A stretch of 38,496 bases of DNA from a virus (IMGVR_UViG_3300033076_000083:1-38496), one strand, 5' to 3'; shown: positions 24,386-34,313, numbered from the stretch's first letter. Notes: generated by a model not told the origin, from the letters alone. Numbers and translations are program-made.

Positions 24386-25210
24386 ATGACACTCAAAGTT
24401 GACGGGACCAATGGTGTCCTCCAAGCCTATGACTACCAAGTCCTGACGACTGGGTTCAGCTACACCTTCGCTGCGGGCACGCAGACTCTGGTCATCAACC
24501 CCGCTGGTACGTTGGCGACTGGTACTGTGACTATGCCTGCATCACCTGTTGACGGGATGGTTATCACTGTGGTTTCGACTCAGCAGGTTACTGCTGTGAC
24601 GATTGCAGGCAACACAGGTCAATCTCTGGTTGGTGGTGCAGCGCAGTTGATTCCAAACCAGCCTTTGTCATTTGTGTACCGTCTGACTAACACCACTTGG
24701 TATCCGTTTGCTGGTGGCGCGGGTCGCGCTTCTTCTGTTGTTTCCGGTACAGCTGTTGCTTCAACATCCGGCACATCCATCGACTTCACAAGCATTCCGT
24801 CTTGGGTGAAACGCATCACTGTGATGTTTAGTGGGGTAAGCACCAACGGAACGTCAATAATTCAAGTCCAAATCGGTGACAGCGGTGGAATTGAGACAAC
24901 AGGTTATGTTGGAGGGTATGCTAGTAATGGAGTGAGTGGCGGCCTCTTATCCGGCATTCCGTTGACATACTCTGGTATGTCTGCCGTATCTGAAATTAGC
25001 GGCAGTTTAACGATTTCACTATTAAAGTCTTCCACAAATACATGGGTTTTTGCTGGCACTCAAGCCCGTTTGTCAGGGGGCGCAGCTCAAGAGGCAACTT
25101 CTTTTGGTGGTGGCAAATCCCTTAGTGATGTGCTTGATCGTGTACGCATTACCACCACCAATGGCACAGACGCATTTGACGCTGGCACTATCAACATCTT
25201 GTACGAGTAA
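24386..25210 (+). CDS. Tail fibre distal / receptor-binding module 2
   Basis: 274 aa, STSGTSIDFTSIPSWVKRITVMF...LDRVRITTTNGTDAFDAGTINILYE. Confidence 0.65.
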   Translation: MTLKVDGTNGVLQAYDYQVLTTGFSYTFAAGTQTLVINPAGTLATGTVTMPASPVDGMVITVVSTQQVTAVTIAGNTGQSLVGGAAQLIPNQPLSFVYRLTNTTWYPFAGGAGRASSVVSGTAVASTSGTSIDFTSIPSWVKRITVMFSGVSTNGTSIIQVQIGDSGGIETTGYVGGYASNGVSGGLLSGIPLTYSGMSAVSEISGSLTISLLKSSTNTWVFAGTQARLSGGAAQEATSFGGGKSLSDVLDRVRITTTNGTDAFDAGTINILYE

Positions 25211-25219
25211 GGACACACC

Positions 25220-25411
25220 ATGGAGCGCATTGTCGTAGACCTTGAAGCGGGCACCACCGCGATTGTGCCTTTGACACCCAACGAAATTGCAGAAGCGCAA
25301 GCGCAACAAGCTGCATGGGAAACTGAACAGGCGCAGCGTGCAGCAACGCCGACCCTCGAACAAATCGTAGCCCAGTTGCAGGCTGAAGTAGCCGCGCTGA
25401 AAGGAGAATAA
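25220..25411 (+). CDS. Small partner/chaperone of fibre module 2
   Basis: 63 aa with C-terminal coiled coil, AAGGA RBS. Confidence 0.6.
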   Translation: MERIVVDLEAGTTAIVPLTPNEIAEAQAQQAAWETEQAQRAATPTLEQIVAQLQAEVAALKGE

Positions 25412-25413
25412 AC

Positions 25414-26004
25414 ATGGCAGTCGTAATTAACGGTTCAACCGGGATCACAACACCGGGCCTTAGCTCCACAGCAGACGTAACCCTTGCTGGGTCTGGCGTC
25501 GAGTTGTTGAACAACTCAGGCCGTGTTGTTGTTGGGCAAACAGGCTCGGTGATTCAGGTTGTTCAAACAGTTAAAACAGACACGTTTTCTACTTCGTCTA
25601 GTTCTTTCGTAGACATTACAGGGTTATCAGTCTCAATTACACCGACTAGTAGTTCCAGCAAGATTTTGGTGTTGTTTGATATTGCCAACAGCGCGGATAA
25701 CTCAAACGCGGCGATTCTTACAATGCTCCGAAATGGAAGCACCATCTATGGTGGTGATGCAGCAGCAGGACATCCAAACGGACTTTCACAGAACTTTGTT
25801 AACGGTAACTACTTCTTGATGCGTACAACCGGGTGCTATTTGGACTCCCCAGCAACCACATCCGCTGTTACATACAAAATTCAGATGTTGTCTAGTGGCG
25901 GCGGCTCGCCAGTTTATGTTAACAGGACCAGCGCAGACCGCGCAGCTACAAGTTATGACGCCCGCGCCGCATCATCTATCACAGTTATGGAGATTGCACA
26001 ATGA
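25414..26004 (+). CDS. Tail fibre distal / receptor-binding module 3 (paralogue of module 1)
   Basis: VIQVVQTVKTDT...SITPTSSSSKILV...DSPATTSAVTY...SSITVMEIA. Confidence 0.65.
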   Translation: MAVVINGSTGITTPGLSSTADVTLAGSGVELLNNSGRVVVGQTGSVIQVVQTVKTDTFSTSSSSFVDITGLSVSITPTSSSSKILVLFDIANSADNSNAAILTMLRNGSTIYGGDAAAGHPNGLSQNFVNGNYFLMRTTGCYLDSPATTSAVTYKIQMLSSGGGSPVYVNRTSADRAATSYDARAASSITVMEIAQ

Positions 26005-26270
26005 ACCACGCAGCTATTTATGCTCTCTACCCAAATGTCGTCACGATTGATGACAGCACCGGCGCATTTGACGCTGAAGGCAATCAGGTCGTTATTGACA
26101 CGGATGCTGTCAATGCTTGGGTGGACCCCACGTTGTACCAACGCCAACGCGCTGCGGAGTACCCGCCTGTTACTGACTACATCGACGGTGTAGTGAAGGG
26201 TGACCAAGCGCAGATTGATGCGTACATCGCTGCGTGCCAAGCTGTCAAAGCCAAGTACCCCAAGCCGTAA
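26001..26270 (+). CDS. Putative tail fibre assembly chaperone 3
   Basis: 89 aa, YQRQRAAEYP...AVKAKYPK. Confidence 0.6.
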   Translation: MNHAAIYALYPNVVTIDDSTGAFDAEGNQVVIDTDAVNAWVDPTLYQRQRAAEYPPVTDYIDGVVKGDQAQIDAYIAACQAVKAKYPKP

Positions 26271-26273
26271 GAT

Positions 26274-27026
26274 GTGGACCCGTTCACGCTCCTCATGGCC
26301 GCACAAGGGATCGTTGCTGGTATTAAGCAGGGGTGTGAATTTCTCCGTGAAGGGAAAGCGCAGATCGGCGAAGTCAAGAAAGCTATCGGTGAAGTTAAGG
26401 CTTTTGTTGGCGAGGCGAAAGGCGTCTGGGCCGAGCTTCAAGCTCTCTGGTCGATGGTATCGGGTCTTTTCGGCGCTCAGAAACCACAGCAGACTCCACA
26501 ACCCGAATTGCGTAGTCCAGCGGCTACACAAATCGAGCGGGTGGAGAAAAAGGCAGATCGCCGATCGAGTCAACCAGAGCGTGAACTGAGCTATGAAGAG
26601 TACCAAGCACATGCCATTCATGACATTTGCGAGAAGCTCAAAGCATTTTTTGAAATCAAACGGCAGCTTGCAGAGCATTGCCAGCAACTAGAGGAGGAGT
26701 CCAAGACCACCACAGACATTGAGGGCGCTGCACTTGACAGGATTCAGATCGAGATGCAGATGGAGGCCATGACGGTGCAGATTCGTGAAGCCATGATCTA
26801 CACGCCCAAAGAGATTGGGTTGGCCGACATTTACAGTCGATTCCTCAAGATGTACGACCAGATTTTGGAAGAGCGCGAATTTGACCGCCAGTTGAAAGCA
26901 AAGCAAGCAAGGGATGACAAATGGCGACGCGAGTACCGCAGCAATCTTCTAAAGGCCAAACTGGGCTACGCAATAGTGGTAGCGATAGGGGCACTGTGGA
27001 TGACGGGACTGTTTTCTCTTCTATGA
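26274..27026 (+). CDS. Coiled-coil membrane protein (lysis-region hypothetical)
   Basis: 250 aa, MDPFT N-terminus, C-terminal TM helix. Confidence 0.7.
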   Translation: MDPFTLLMAAQGIVAGIKQGCEFLREGKAQIGEVKKAIGEVKAFVGEAKGVWAELQALWSMVSGLFGAQKPQQTPQPELRSPAATQIERVEKKADRRSSQPERELSYEEYQAHAIHDICEKLKAFFEIKRQLAEHCQQLEEESKTTTDIEGAALDRIQIEMQMEAMTVQIREAMIYTPKEIGLADIYSRFLKMYDQILEEREFDRQLKAKQARDDKWRREYRSNLLKAKLGYAIVVAIGALWMTGLFSLL

Positions 27027-27205
27027 AAGAATTTTGGCTGTGGGTGATTATTGTGTCGTTGATCTTGGCGTTGCTGTTTGTGACGGTGTTGGGTCTGGCG
27101 TACAACCACAAGCAAATCAAAAAGACTGAAGTGATCCTGCAACGCGCAGAACAACTGGACAAAAAGTCCAGACAAAAAATTGAACCTGAGCCTGAAAAGG
27201 AGTGA
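27023..27205 (+). CDS. Small membrane protein
   Basis: 60 aa from ATG 27023 (ATGA overlap), single N-terminal TM helix. Confidence 0.7.
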   Translation: MKEFWLWVIIVSLILALLFVTVLGLAYNHKQIKKTEVILQRAEQLDKKSRQKIEPEPEKE

Positions 27206-27699
27206 GCATGTTACCTATCGTTGCTGGCATCGTTGCCAACCTCATCAACAACGGGATGCACAAGGTCGCTGACCAAGTCATCGAAAAGGGTGTGGACGCC
27301 GTGCAGGAAAAGCTCGGTATCGAGCTGAAGCCCGAGGGCGAAGCCACCCCTGAGTACAACGCCAAGTTGCAAGCCGAAGCAAACCGCCACGCTGAGTTTA
27401 TGGCCGAGCTGGACGAGAAGTCTACCCAACGTGCGACCGACATGTATATGAAGGACGACAGCACCAAGAAGTTCACCCAGATGTACGCTTGGTTCATCAC
27501 CCTTGCGTCGTTTGCATACTTTGCAGCCGTCTCCTTTGTACCCATCGACAACCACAACCGTGACTTCGTCAACATCATTTTGGGCTTTCTGATCGGTACT
27601 GCCGTCAACTCCTTGATCCGATTCTTCTACGGCTCCAGCAACAAGAGCCAAGAGGCGGTTGACCAGAAGATGAAAGACATTAGCGGGAGCGACAAATGA
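27202..27699 (+). CDS. Putative holin
   Basis: Two C-terminal TM segments ending FFYGSS, directly upstream of the endolysin. Confidence 0.55.
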   Translation: MSMLPIVAGIVANLINNGMHKVADQVIEKGVDAVQEKLGIELKPEGEATPEYNAKLQAEANRHAEFMAELDEKSTQRATDMYMKDDSTKKFTQMYAWFITLASFAYFAAVSFVPIDNHNRDFVNIILGFLIGTAVNSLIRFFYGSSNKSQEAVDQKMKDISGSDK

Positions 27700-28352
27700 G
27701 ACCCGAAAGCCCCCTGCTTGTAGCGGCTGGGGTCAAAGACCCTGCCAAGTGGCTTGAGCCTTTGCTGGAAACTTGCACTGAGTTCGAGATCAACACGCCT
27801 CAGCGCGTTGCTGCGTTTCTGGCCCAGACTTCCCATGAGTCTGGTGGCTACACCATGTTGAGCGAAAACCTGAACTACCGCGCTGCTACGCTTGCCGCAT
27901 GCTGGCCGAATCGGTTTGCAGTGCTTGGCCCTGACAAAAAGCCCGTGAAGGACAAACAGGGCAAGCTGACGCCCACTGCGGTGGCCAACTCGATAGCCGG
28001 TAAGCCGGAGTTGATCGCAAATTTGGTGTACTCGTCCCGTATGGGCAACGGCCCCGCCGAGTCTGGCGAAGGGTGGAAATTTCGGGGAAGAGGTCTCAAA
28101 CAGCTAACTGGCAAGGATAACTATGCGAGATGTGGAAATGCTCTGGGTCTCGATCTTGTCGGCAATCCTGACCTGCTTCTTGAGCCTTTGGCAGCCGCCC
28201 GATCCGCAGGATGGTTCTGGAAAGCGAACGCCCTATCCACGTTCGCCGATGCGGGCGACATCAAAGGTATGACCAAGAAGATCAATGGTGGTTTCATTGG
28301 CCTTGAACAGCGCCAAAAGCTATACGATAAGGTACTAGCCGCCATCGGCTAA
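27696..28352 (+). CDS. Endolysin, glycoside hydrolase family 19 (chitinase-like)
   Basis: AAFLAQTSHESGG, ENLNY, GWKFRGRGLKQLTGKDNY, SAGWFW and TKKINGGFIGL motifs. Confidence 0.92.
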   Translation: MRPESPLLVAAGVKDPAKWLEPLLETCTEFEINTPQRVAAFLAQTSHESGGYTMLSENLNYRAATLAACWPNRFAVLGPDKKPVKDKQGKLTPTAVANSIAGKPELIANLVYSSRMGNGPAESGEGWKFRGRGLKQLTGKDNYARCGNALGLDLVGNPDLLLEPLAAARSAGWFWKANALSTFADAGDIKGMTKKINGGFIGLEQRQKLYDKVLAAIG

Positions 28353-28370
28353 ACGTAGGAAAATCCCGCC

Positions 28371-30716
28371 ATGCCGTTGCAAAAGATTCTGTTCAAGCCG
28401 GGTGTCAACAAAGAGAACACCCGATACACCACCGAGGGTGGTTGGTACGACTGCGACAAAGTTCGCTTTCGCCAAGGCACACCTGAAAAGATTGGCGGGT
28501 GGCAACAGATTTCCTCAAATAGCTACGAAGGTGTCTGCCGTTCGCTGTGGGCATGGTCTACGCTCAACAGCATTGATTTGACGGGTGTGGGCACGCACCT
28601 GAAGTTTTACATCGAGCAGGGCGGCTACTACAACGACGTTACGCCCATCCGGTCTGTTGCTTCAAATTTGAGCAACCCGTTCACAGCCACAACCAGCTCA
28701 ACTACGCTTGAGGTTCATGATGTCGCTCACGGCGGCACAACAGGCGACTACGTCACATTTATGGGCGCTGAGGCGTTGAGCACTCAGACATTTACACGCT
28801 CGACGGCTACAAACTTTTCGCTCTCGTCTGCGTTGGCAGAGAACACCCCCGTCATACTGTCCAGCACGGGCACGCTGCCCACTGGTTTGACTGCCGGTGT
28901 GCAGTATTACATCCACGTAGTGTCAGGCACTACAGTGAATTTCTGCAACGTGCCCAGTGGCGCAGCTGTCAGCACGTCTACGGCAGGATCGGGCACTTTC
29001 TCGTTGTACGTCAACAATGGCATCACGGCTGACGTGCTCAACCAGAACTACGAGATCACGGTTGTCGATGCGGACAACTACACGGTGACCCTGCCTGTGG
29101 CAGCAACTGCTTACGACGTGGGTGGTGGCGGCACATCGGTAGACGCAATCTACGAGATTCCTCCCGGATACGAGCTGGCGCAGGGTCTCTCTGGTTGGGG
29201 CGTCGGTGCTTGGGGCAGCGGGGCTTGGGGTATTGGCGTGACCAGTACGGCCAACCTGCGCATCTGGGGGCAACAAAACTTTGGGCAGGACTTGCTGTTC
29301 AATTACCGTGGCGGCCCAATTTACTACTGGTCTGCGTTGACCGGCCCAATGATGTCGCCGTTTACTGTTACGATTGCGTCTCCGGGCGTGTTCACGTATT
29401 CCAGCTCGGCCCTCACCAACGGCACGACTGTGCAGCTATTGACCACAGGTTCTTTGCCAACTGGTTTGACGGCGGGCACGGTGTATTACGTTGTCAACGC
29501 ATCAGGCAACACGTTCAATTTGTCCGCAACCGCAGGCGGCTCTGCGATCAACACGTCAGGTTCGCAGTCCGGCACGCATTACATCTCCCCTCGCGGGATC
29601 GCCCTGACTTCGATGGCGTATGCGTCGGATGCGCCCACCAGCACCAACGTACTGTTTGTGTCTGATGCCAACAAGTTTGTGTTTGCGATGGGGGTGAACC
29701 CGATTGGTGAGACAGACATAGACCCGATGTTCATCCGCTGGTCTGACCAAGAATCTGCCGTTAACTGGACCCCTGCAATCACCAACCAAGCGGGTGGCAC
29801 GCGCCTCTCTCACGGCTCGCAGATTCTGACTGCGGTGCAGACACGCCAAGAAATTGTGGTTTTTACGGATACGTCGGTGTATTCGTTGCAGTACCTCGGC
29901 CCACCATACGTCTGGGGTTCGCAGCTTCTTGCCGACAACACCTCTTTGGCTGGGTACAACACCGCCATCGTTGCTTCCGGCGTGGTGTACTGGATGGGTG
30001 TGGACAAGTTCTACCGCTACGACGGGCGCGTGCAAACACTGCGTTGCGATCTTCGCCAGTACATCTTCAACGACATCAACTTGGCGCAGCAGGACCAGTT
30101 CTTTGCCGGAACCATTGAGGGGTTCAACGAAGTGTGGTGGTTCTACTGTTCGGCCAACTCCACCACCATCGACAAGTACGTTGTCTACAACTACGCTGAA
30201 GACATTTGGTACTACGGCAGCATGGCCCGCACCGCGTGGCTTGACTCTGGCTTGTACGACTACCCGCTTGCTGCAACGTATTCCAACAACCTTGTGTGGC
30301 ATGAATACGGACTGGACGACAACACCTCGGGTACGCCTGCGGCGATTGACAGCTACATTTCGTCGTCTGAATTTGACATTGGTGACGGCCATGCGTTTGG
30401 ATTTGTTTGGCGTTTGATCCCGGACATCACGTTCCGTGGCTCCTCCACCAGCAGCCCACAGGTCACCATGTATTTGCGCCCCTTGCAAAACTCTGGTTCA
30501 GGCTACAACGTGCCTGAGTCTGAGGGCGGCTACAACTTTGCGGCAGTGCAGGGCACTGCGATGGTCCCGATTGAGAAGTTTACTGGGCAGGTGTTGATCC
30601 GCGTTCGTGGCCGTCAGATGGCGTTTAAGGTTGCGGGCAATCAGCTTGGTTTGCAGTGGCAGCTTGGTGCGCCGCGTATCGACATCAAGCCGGACGGTCG
30701 TCGAGGCAACACATGA
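28371..30716 (+). CDS. Tail nozzle / DNA stabilisation protein (P22 gp10 / T7 gp12-like beta-propeller)
   Basis: 781 aa, PG..KE.T, VRFRQG.PEKIGGW, IRWSDQE, FNEVWWFY and YVVYNY...W..G...RTAW motifs, upstream of the internal proteins. Confidence 0.7.
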   Translation: MPLQKILFKPGVNKENTRYTTEGGWYDCDKVRFRQGTPEKIGGWQQISSNSYEGVCRSLWAWSTLNSIDLTGVGTHLKFYIEQGGYYNDVTPIRSVASNLSNPFTATTSSTTLEVHDVAHGGTTGDYVTFMGAEALSTQTFTRSTATNFSLSSALAENTPVILSSTGTLPTGLTAGVQYYIHVVSGTTVNFCNVPSGAAVSTSTAGSGTFSLYVNNGITADVLNQNYEITVVDADNYTVTLPVAATAYDVGGGGTSVDAIYEIPPGYELAQGLSGWGVGAWGSGAWGIGVTSTANLRIWGQQNFGQDLLFNYRGGPIYYWSALTGPMMSPFTVTIASPGVFTYSSSALTNGTTVQLLTTGSLPTGLTAGTVYYVVNASGNTFNLSATAGGSAINTSGSQSGTHYISPRGIALTSMAYASDAPTSTNVLFVSDANKFVFAMGVNPIGETDIDPMFIRWSDQESAVNWTPAITNQAGGTRLSHGSQILTAVQTRQEIVVFTDTSVYSLQYLGPPYVWGSQLLADNTSLAGYNTAIVASGVVYWMGVDKFYRYDGRVQTLRCDLRQYIFNDINLAQQDQFFAGTIEGFNEVWWFYCSANSTTIDKYVVYNYAEDIWYYGSMARTAWLDSGLYDYPLAATYSNNLVWHEYGLDDNTSGTPAAIDSYISSSEFDIGDGHAFGFVWRLIPDITFRGSSTSSPQVTMYLRPLQNSGSGYNVPESEGGYNFAAVQGTAMVPIEKFTGQVLIRVRGRQMAFKVAGNQLGLQWQLGAPRIDIKPDGRRGNT

Positions 30717-31348
30717 GTCTTAATACGCCACCCGCACCAAACCTACCTCTTGCACCAGATGCGTACCAGCGTCCGTACGTGGATCAGCTTAGTAATGTGC
30801 TGCGTCTTTATTTCAACAGACTTAGTGACTCGTTGCAAAATTTAGCTGGGCGTGTTGGCGGTAGATTTCTGAGTTTTCCCTACGCAGCAATTCAACGCAC
30901 AACAGACAAGACGTTTACCGCCAATACCCCCACGCAAATCACATTTGACCAGAACGACTATCTAAATGCTTGCGCCAACGACGGTACGGATGGTATTCAC
31001 GTCACGTACGGTGGTATCTACAACTATCAATTTAGTGTTCAGCTAAAAAACACTGACACGCAGATTCATTCGTCATGGATTTGGTTGCGTGTGAACGGTG
31101 TTGATGCTGAGGGTACGGGCAGTAAGTTTGACGTAACCTCATCGCATGGCGGCACCCCCGGGTTTGTGATTGCTGCCTGCAACTTTTATGTTTCTCTCAA
31201 TGCAGGCGACTATGTTGAGATGTGGGCCGCTGTAGACAATACGGCTGTTACTTTTGACGCCACCGCTGCCTCAACATCCCCATTTGCAATGCCTGCTATC
31301 CCCTCGGTGGTGGCGACGCTTTCGTTTGTCTCGGAGATACCTTCGTGA
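30713..31348 (+). CDS. Putative tail spike/needle protein with C-terminal C1q/TNF-like beta-sandwich
   Basis: Start ATG 30713. PNLPLAP..Y...LRLYF N-terminus, then GIYNYQFSVQL...IWLRVNG...LNAGDYVE. Confidence 0.6.
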   Translation: MSLNTPPAPNLPLAPDAYQRPYVDQLSNVLRLYFNRLSDSLQNLAGRVGGRFLSFPYAAIQRTTDKTFTANTPTQITFDQNDYLNACANDGTDGIHVTYGGIYNYQFSVQLKNTDTQIHSSWIWLRVNGVDAEGTGSKFDVTSSHGGTPGFVIAACNFYVSLNAGDYVEMWAAVDNTAVTFDATAASTSPFAMPAIPSVVATLSFVSEIPS

Positions 31349-31382
31349 TACAGTTCGATAACCCCCGTTTTATGAGGCTTCC

Positions 31383-33476
31383 ATGAGTCTTCAAGCCCTT
31401 GCACAGCACATGGCCGCACAAGGCCGTGGACCAGACACGATGCTGGTTCACATGACCCCCAGAGAAGTCTCGCGTCTACAAGAAATTGCGCGTGCGCACG
31501 GCGGGTCTTTGACCGTTAACCCCGAGACAGGCCTTGTTGAAGCAGGCTTTCTTGACGACATTGTTGGCGGTGTGAAAGACATCGTCAGCAGCCCTATCGG
31601 TCAAATCGGTCTTGGTGCGCTTGGCGCATCAATGGGTCTCAGCCCAATGACGATGGGCCTCATCATGGGCGGCACTACGACGCTTGCTACGGGCAACCTT
31701 GGCAAAGGCTTGATGGCCGGTCTGGGCGCGTATGGCACCGCCAATTTGGTTGGCGGTCTGTCAGGTTTTGGTGCTGACGCCATCGGTGCAAGTGCGTACA
31801 ACCAATATGCGGGCATGACCGACTTGGAAGCGGCAGCTCAAGGATTCGGTAGCGCAGAAGAAATGGCGGGGGTTCGCGCTGCGGAAGCAATGCAAAAGGC
31901 CACTCCTTGGGAAAAACTTACTTCTGGGGCAAGTGCAGCATGGGACAACCCAAGTGCAGCTGTTGACAAATTGGGAGGTTGGAAATCCGTTGCCATGCAA
32001 GGTGCCGCAGCCGCAGCTCCTCTGTTGGCCGACTCACTAATTAAAAAAGACCAACCCGGAATCGCAGCTCCGGCACAGTCACCCGCGATGATTCGCCCCT
32101 ACCGTCTTGAGCGGCAGCGCCCCAACGTCCAGCAAGTATCTGCGGAGTACCAACCGCACGTCACAGGCGAGTACAACCCCAAAGCAGACACGAGTGAGCG
32201 TCGATGGTTTGACGACAAGTGGACTGTTTACCCAGCGTACAAAGCTGCTGCGGAAGGCGGCGTCATGCGTATGGCCGACGGCGGCATGGCTTACGGAGGC
32301 TCGATTGACAACCCCAATGTACAAACGGTGCCGAGCTATGACCCGGTGGTGCGTATGGCAAGTGGTGGCATCTCTGGTGGTGAGTCGCAGACCAGCACGG
32401 TCAACCAGTCGTATGCGAATCCGTATGTCTACAACCCCAAGACGGGCAACATCGAAGACGTGACCGGCGGCTCCACGCCAATCTACTCCGGCATCAACTT
32501 GAATCTGCCCAGCGCGGGTAAACAAGCTTTTGCAAAGTCGGTGGCAGACACTCCCGGCTATGCCCCTGCTGGAATTGAACAGCTCGGCGCTACAGGCGGC
32601 GACGCGGCCCCTGCAACGTCTTCAACAAGTGCCCCGGGCCAAGGTGTCAGCAATATGGCCACAAGCATTGGGCTTGGTTTGATGGGGTTGTCCGAAAACA
32701 TCTCCAGCATCGCCCCTGTGACCGCCGCTATTGCAAACGCTGTCGGAACTTCGATCGCTGACAGCCAAATGAACAGTATGACGGACGCCAACAACGCATT
32801 GAGCGCGATTTCGGCGATGAGTGACCAAGGTGTGAATGGTGTGCAGTCTGTAAGCGATGCGTCAGGTAATATTTCTTCTGTGTCTAACGCCGCTGCTGTT
32901 AATGCTGCCGATGCTGCTGCCGTTGGTGCACCGGGTGTTGGCGGTGGATTTGGTTCTGCAACCGGTCCCGGCGGTATTGGGGAAAGCGGTATTGGTGAAG
33001 GCGGGTTTGGTTCAGAGTCTGGCCCGGGCGGTATTGGTGAAGGCGGTCCGGGGGATGGTGCTCCCGGTGCTGGTACGGGCGGTGGAGGCGGTGATGGTGC
33101 TGCTTCTGGCGAGCGTGCTGGCGGTCTTGCCCCTCATTTCAAACGCATGGCTATGGGCGGTCTGGGCAGTCTCGGTGGCTACGCTGCCGGTGGCGCACCT
33201 TCGCTTGGCTCCTACTCCGACGGTGGTCGCATGCTCAAGGGTCCGGGCGACGGCATGTCCGACAATATCCCCGCCATGATTGGCTCCAAGCAACCTGCAC
33301 GTTTGGCCGACGGAGAGTTTGTGGTGCCCGCCGACGTCGTGTCCCATCTCGGTAATGGCTCGACAGACGCTGGTGCCCGCCAGTTGTACAAGATGATGGA
33401 CCGGATTCGCCAACAGCGTACCGGTAAGAAGAAACAAGCGCCCGAGGTCAATCCTCGCAAGGCAATGCCCGCATAA
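31383..33476 (+). CDS. Internal virion (ejection) protein
   Basis: 697 aa, GRGPDTMLVHM...TVNPETGLVEA N-terminus, Gly/Ala-rich body, C-terminal GPGDGMSDNIPA...LADGEFVVPADVV. Confidence 0.7.
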   Translation: MSLQALAQHMAAQGRGPDTMLVHMTPREVSRLQEIARAHGGSLTVNPETGLVEAGFLDDIVGGVKDIVSSPIGQIGLGALGASMGLSPMTMGLIMGGTTTLATGNLGKGLMAGLGAYGTANLVGGLSGFGADAIGASAYNQYAGMTDLEAAAQGFGSAEEMAGVRAAEAMQKATPWEKLTSGASAAWDNPSAAVDKLGGWKSVAMQGAAAAAPLLADSLIKKDQPGIAAPAQSPAMIRPYRLERQRPNVQQVSAEYQPHVTGEYNPKADTSERRWFDDKWTVYPAYKAAAEGGVMRMADGGMAYGGSIDNPNVQTVPSYDPVVRMASGGISGGESQTSTVNQSYANPYVYNPKTGNIEDVTGGSTPIYSGINLNLPSAGKQAFAKSVADTPGYAPAGIEQLGATGGDAAPATSSTSAPGQGVSNMATSIGLGLMGLSENISSIAPVTAAIANAVGTSIADSQMNSMTDANNALSAISAMSDQGVNGVQSVSDASGNISSVSNAAAVNAADAAAVGAPGVGGGFGSATGPGGIGESGIGEGGFGSESGPGGIGEGGPGDGAPGAGTGGGGGDGAASGERAGGLAPHFKRMAMGGLGSLGGYAAGGAPSLGSYSDGGRMLKGPGDGMSDNIPAMIGSKQPARLADGEFVVPADVVSHLGNGSTDAGARQLYKMMDRIRQQRTGKKKQAPEVNPRKAMPA

Positions 33477-33485
33477 GGAGCTGAA

Positions 33486-34304
33486 ATGGCTGATCCGCAA
33501 CAAATTATCCAGTCGCAAACCACGATCCCTGACTACGCCAAACAGTATGTCGAGAACATGCTGGGCACGCTCGAGGGCGCGACGTACCAGAAAGACGCCA
33601 GCGGCAATATCACCGGTTTGCAACCCTACCAGCAGTACACGGGGCAACGTCAGGCGTATTTTTCACCGCTGCAAGAACAAGCGTTTGGAACCGTAAGCGA
33701 CCCAACAAAGTTTGGCCAAGCCGTTGGCTCCATGATGTCGCCCTACATGCAGAATGTGGTGGACATTCAGAAACGCGAAGCGCAACGACAATCCAACATC
33801 ACTGGCACGCAGCAAGCAGCTCAGGCTGCGCAGGCTGGGGGTTTGGGCGGCTACCGCGATGCAATGGTCCGCGCTGAACGCGAGCGCAATCTTGGCCAGC
33901 AAATGAACGACATCCAGCAGCGTGGCTTACAGGCTGCTTACGATCAAGCTGTTGCACAAGCAAACCAACGTATTGGCCAGCAGTTGCAAGTTGGCGGCAT
34001 GCAGCAACAGTTCCAGCAGCAAGCCCTTGAGCAGCAGTACCAAGACTTCTTGAACCAGCAGAACTTCCCGTACAAACAGATTTCGTTCATGTCGGACATT
34101 CTGCGCGGCGTGCCCCTGCAACAGAGTACGCAGACCATGTACCAAGCGCCCCCATCTCTGACATCGCAAGTGGCGGGTCTGGGCACAGCCGCTGCCGGTA
34201 TTTACGGTCTGGGCAAGACAACTGGTATGTTCAAAAAAGGCGGCGAGGTCAAGCAAAACGCACCTGCGGGCCTGAACGCGCTGGCCCTGTACAAAATGGC
34301 GTAA
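33486..34304 (+). CDS. Internal virion / DNA pilot-like protein
   Basis: 272 aa, Gln-rich, MSPYMQNVVD motif, hydrophobic Gly-rich C-terminal segment. Confidence 0.65.
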   Translation: MADPQQIIQSQTTIPDYAKQYVENMLGTLEGATYQKDASGNITGLQPYQQYTGQRQAYFSPLQEQAFGTVSDPTKFGQAVGSMMSPYMQNVVDIQKREAQRQSNITGTQQAAQAAQAGGLGGYRDAMVRAERERNLGQQMNDIQQRGLQAAYDQAVAQANQRIGQQLQVGGMQQQFQQQALEQQYQDFLNQQNFPYKQISFMSDILRGVPLQQSTQTMYQAPPSLTSQVAGLGTAAAGIYGLGKTTGMFKKGGEVKQNAPAGLNALALYKMA

Positions 34305-34313
34305 GGAAGAAAG

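Noticed and set aside
23481-26270. Diversity-generating retroelement or invertase shufflon acting on the fibre tips
   Set aside because: No reverse transcriptase or recombinase in the window, all cassettes share one orientation, and repeat mismatches are not adenine-specific.
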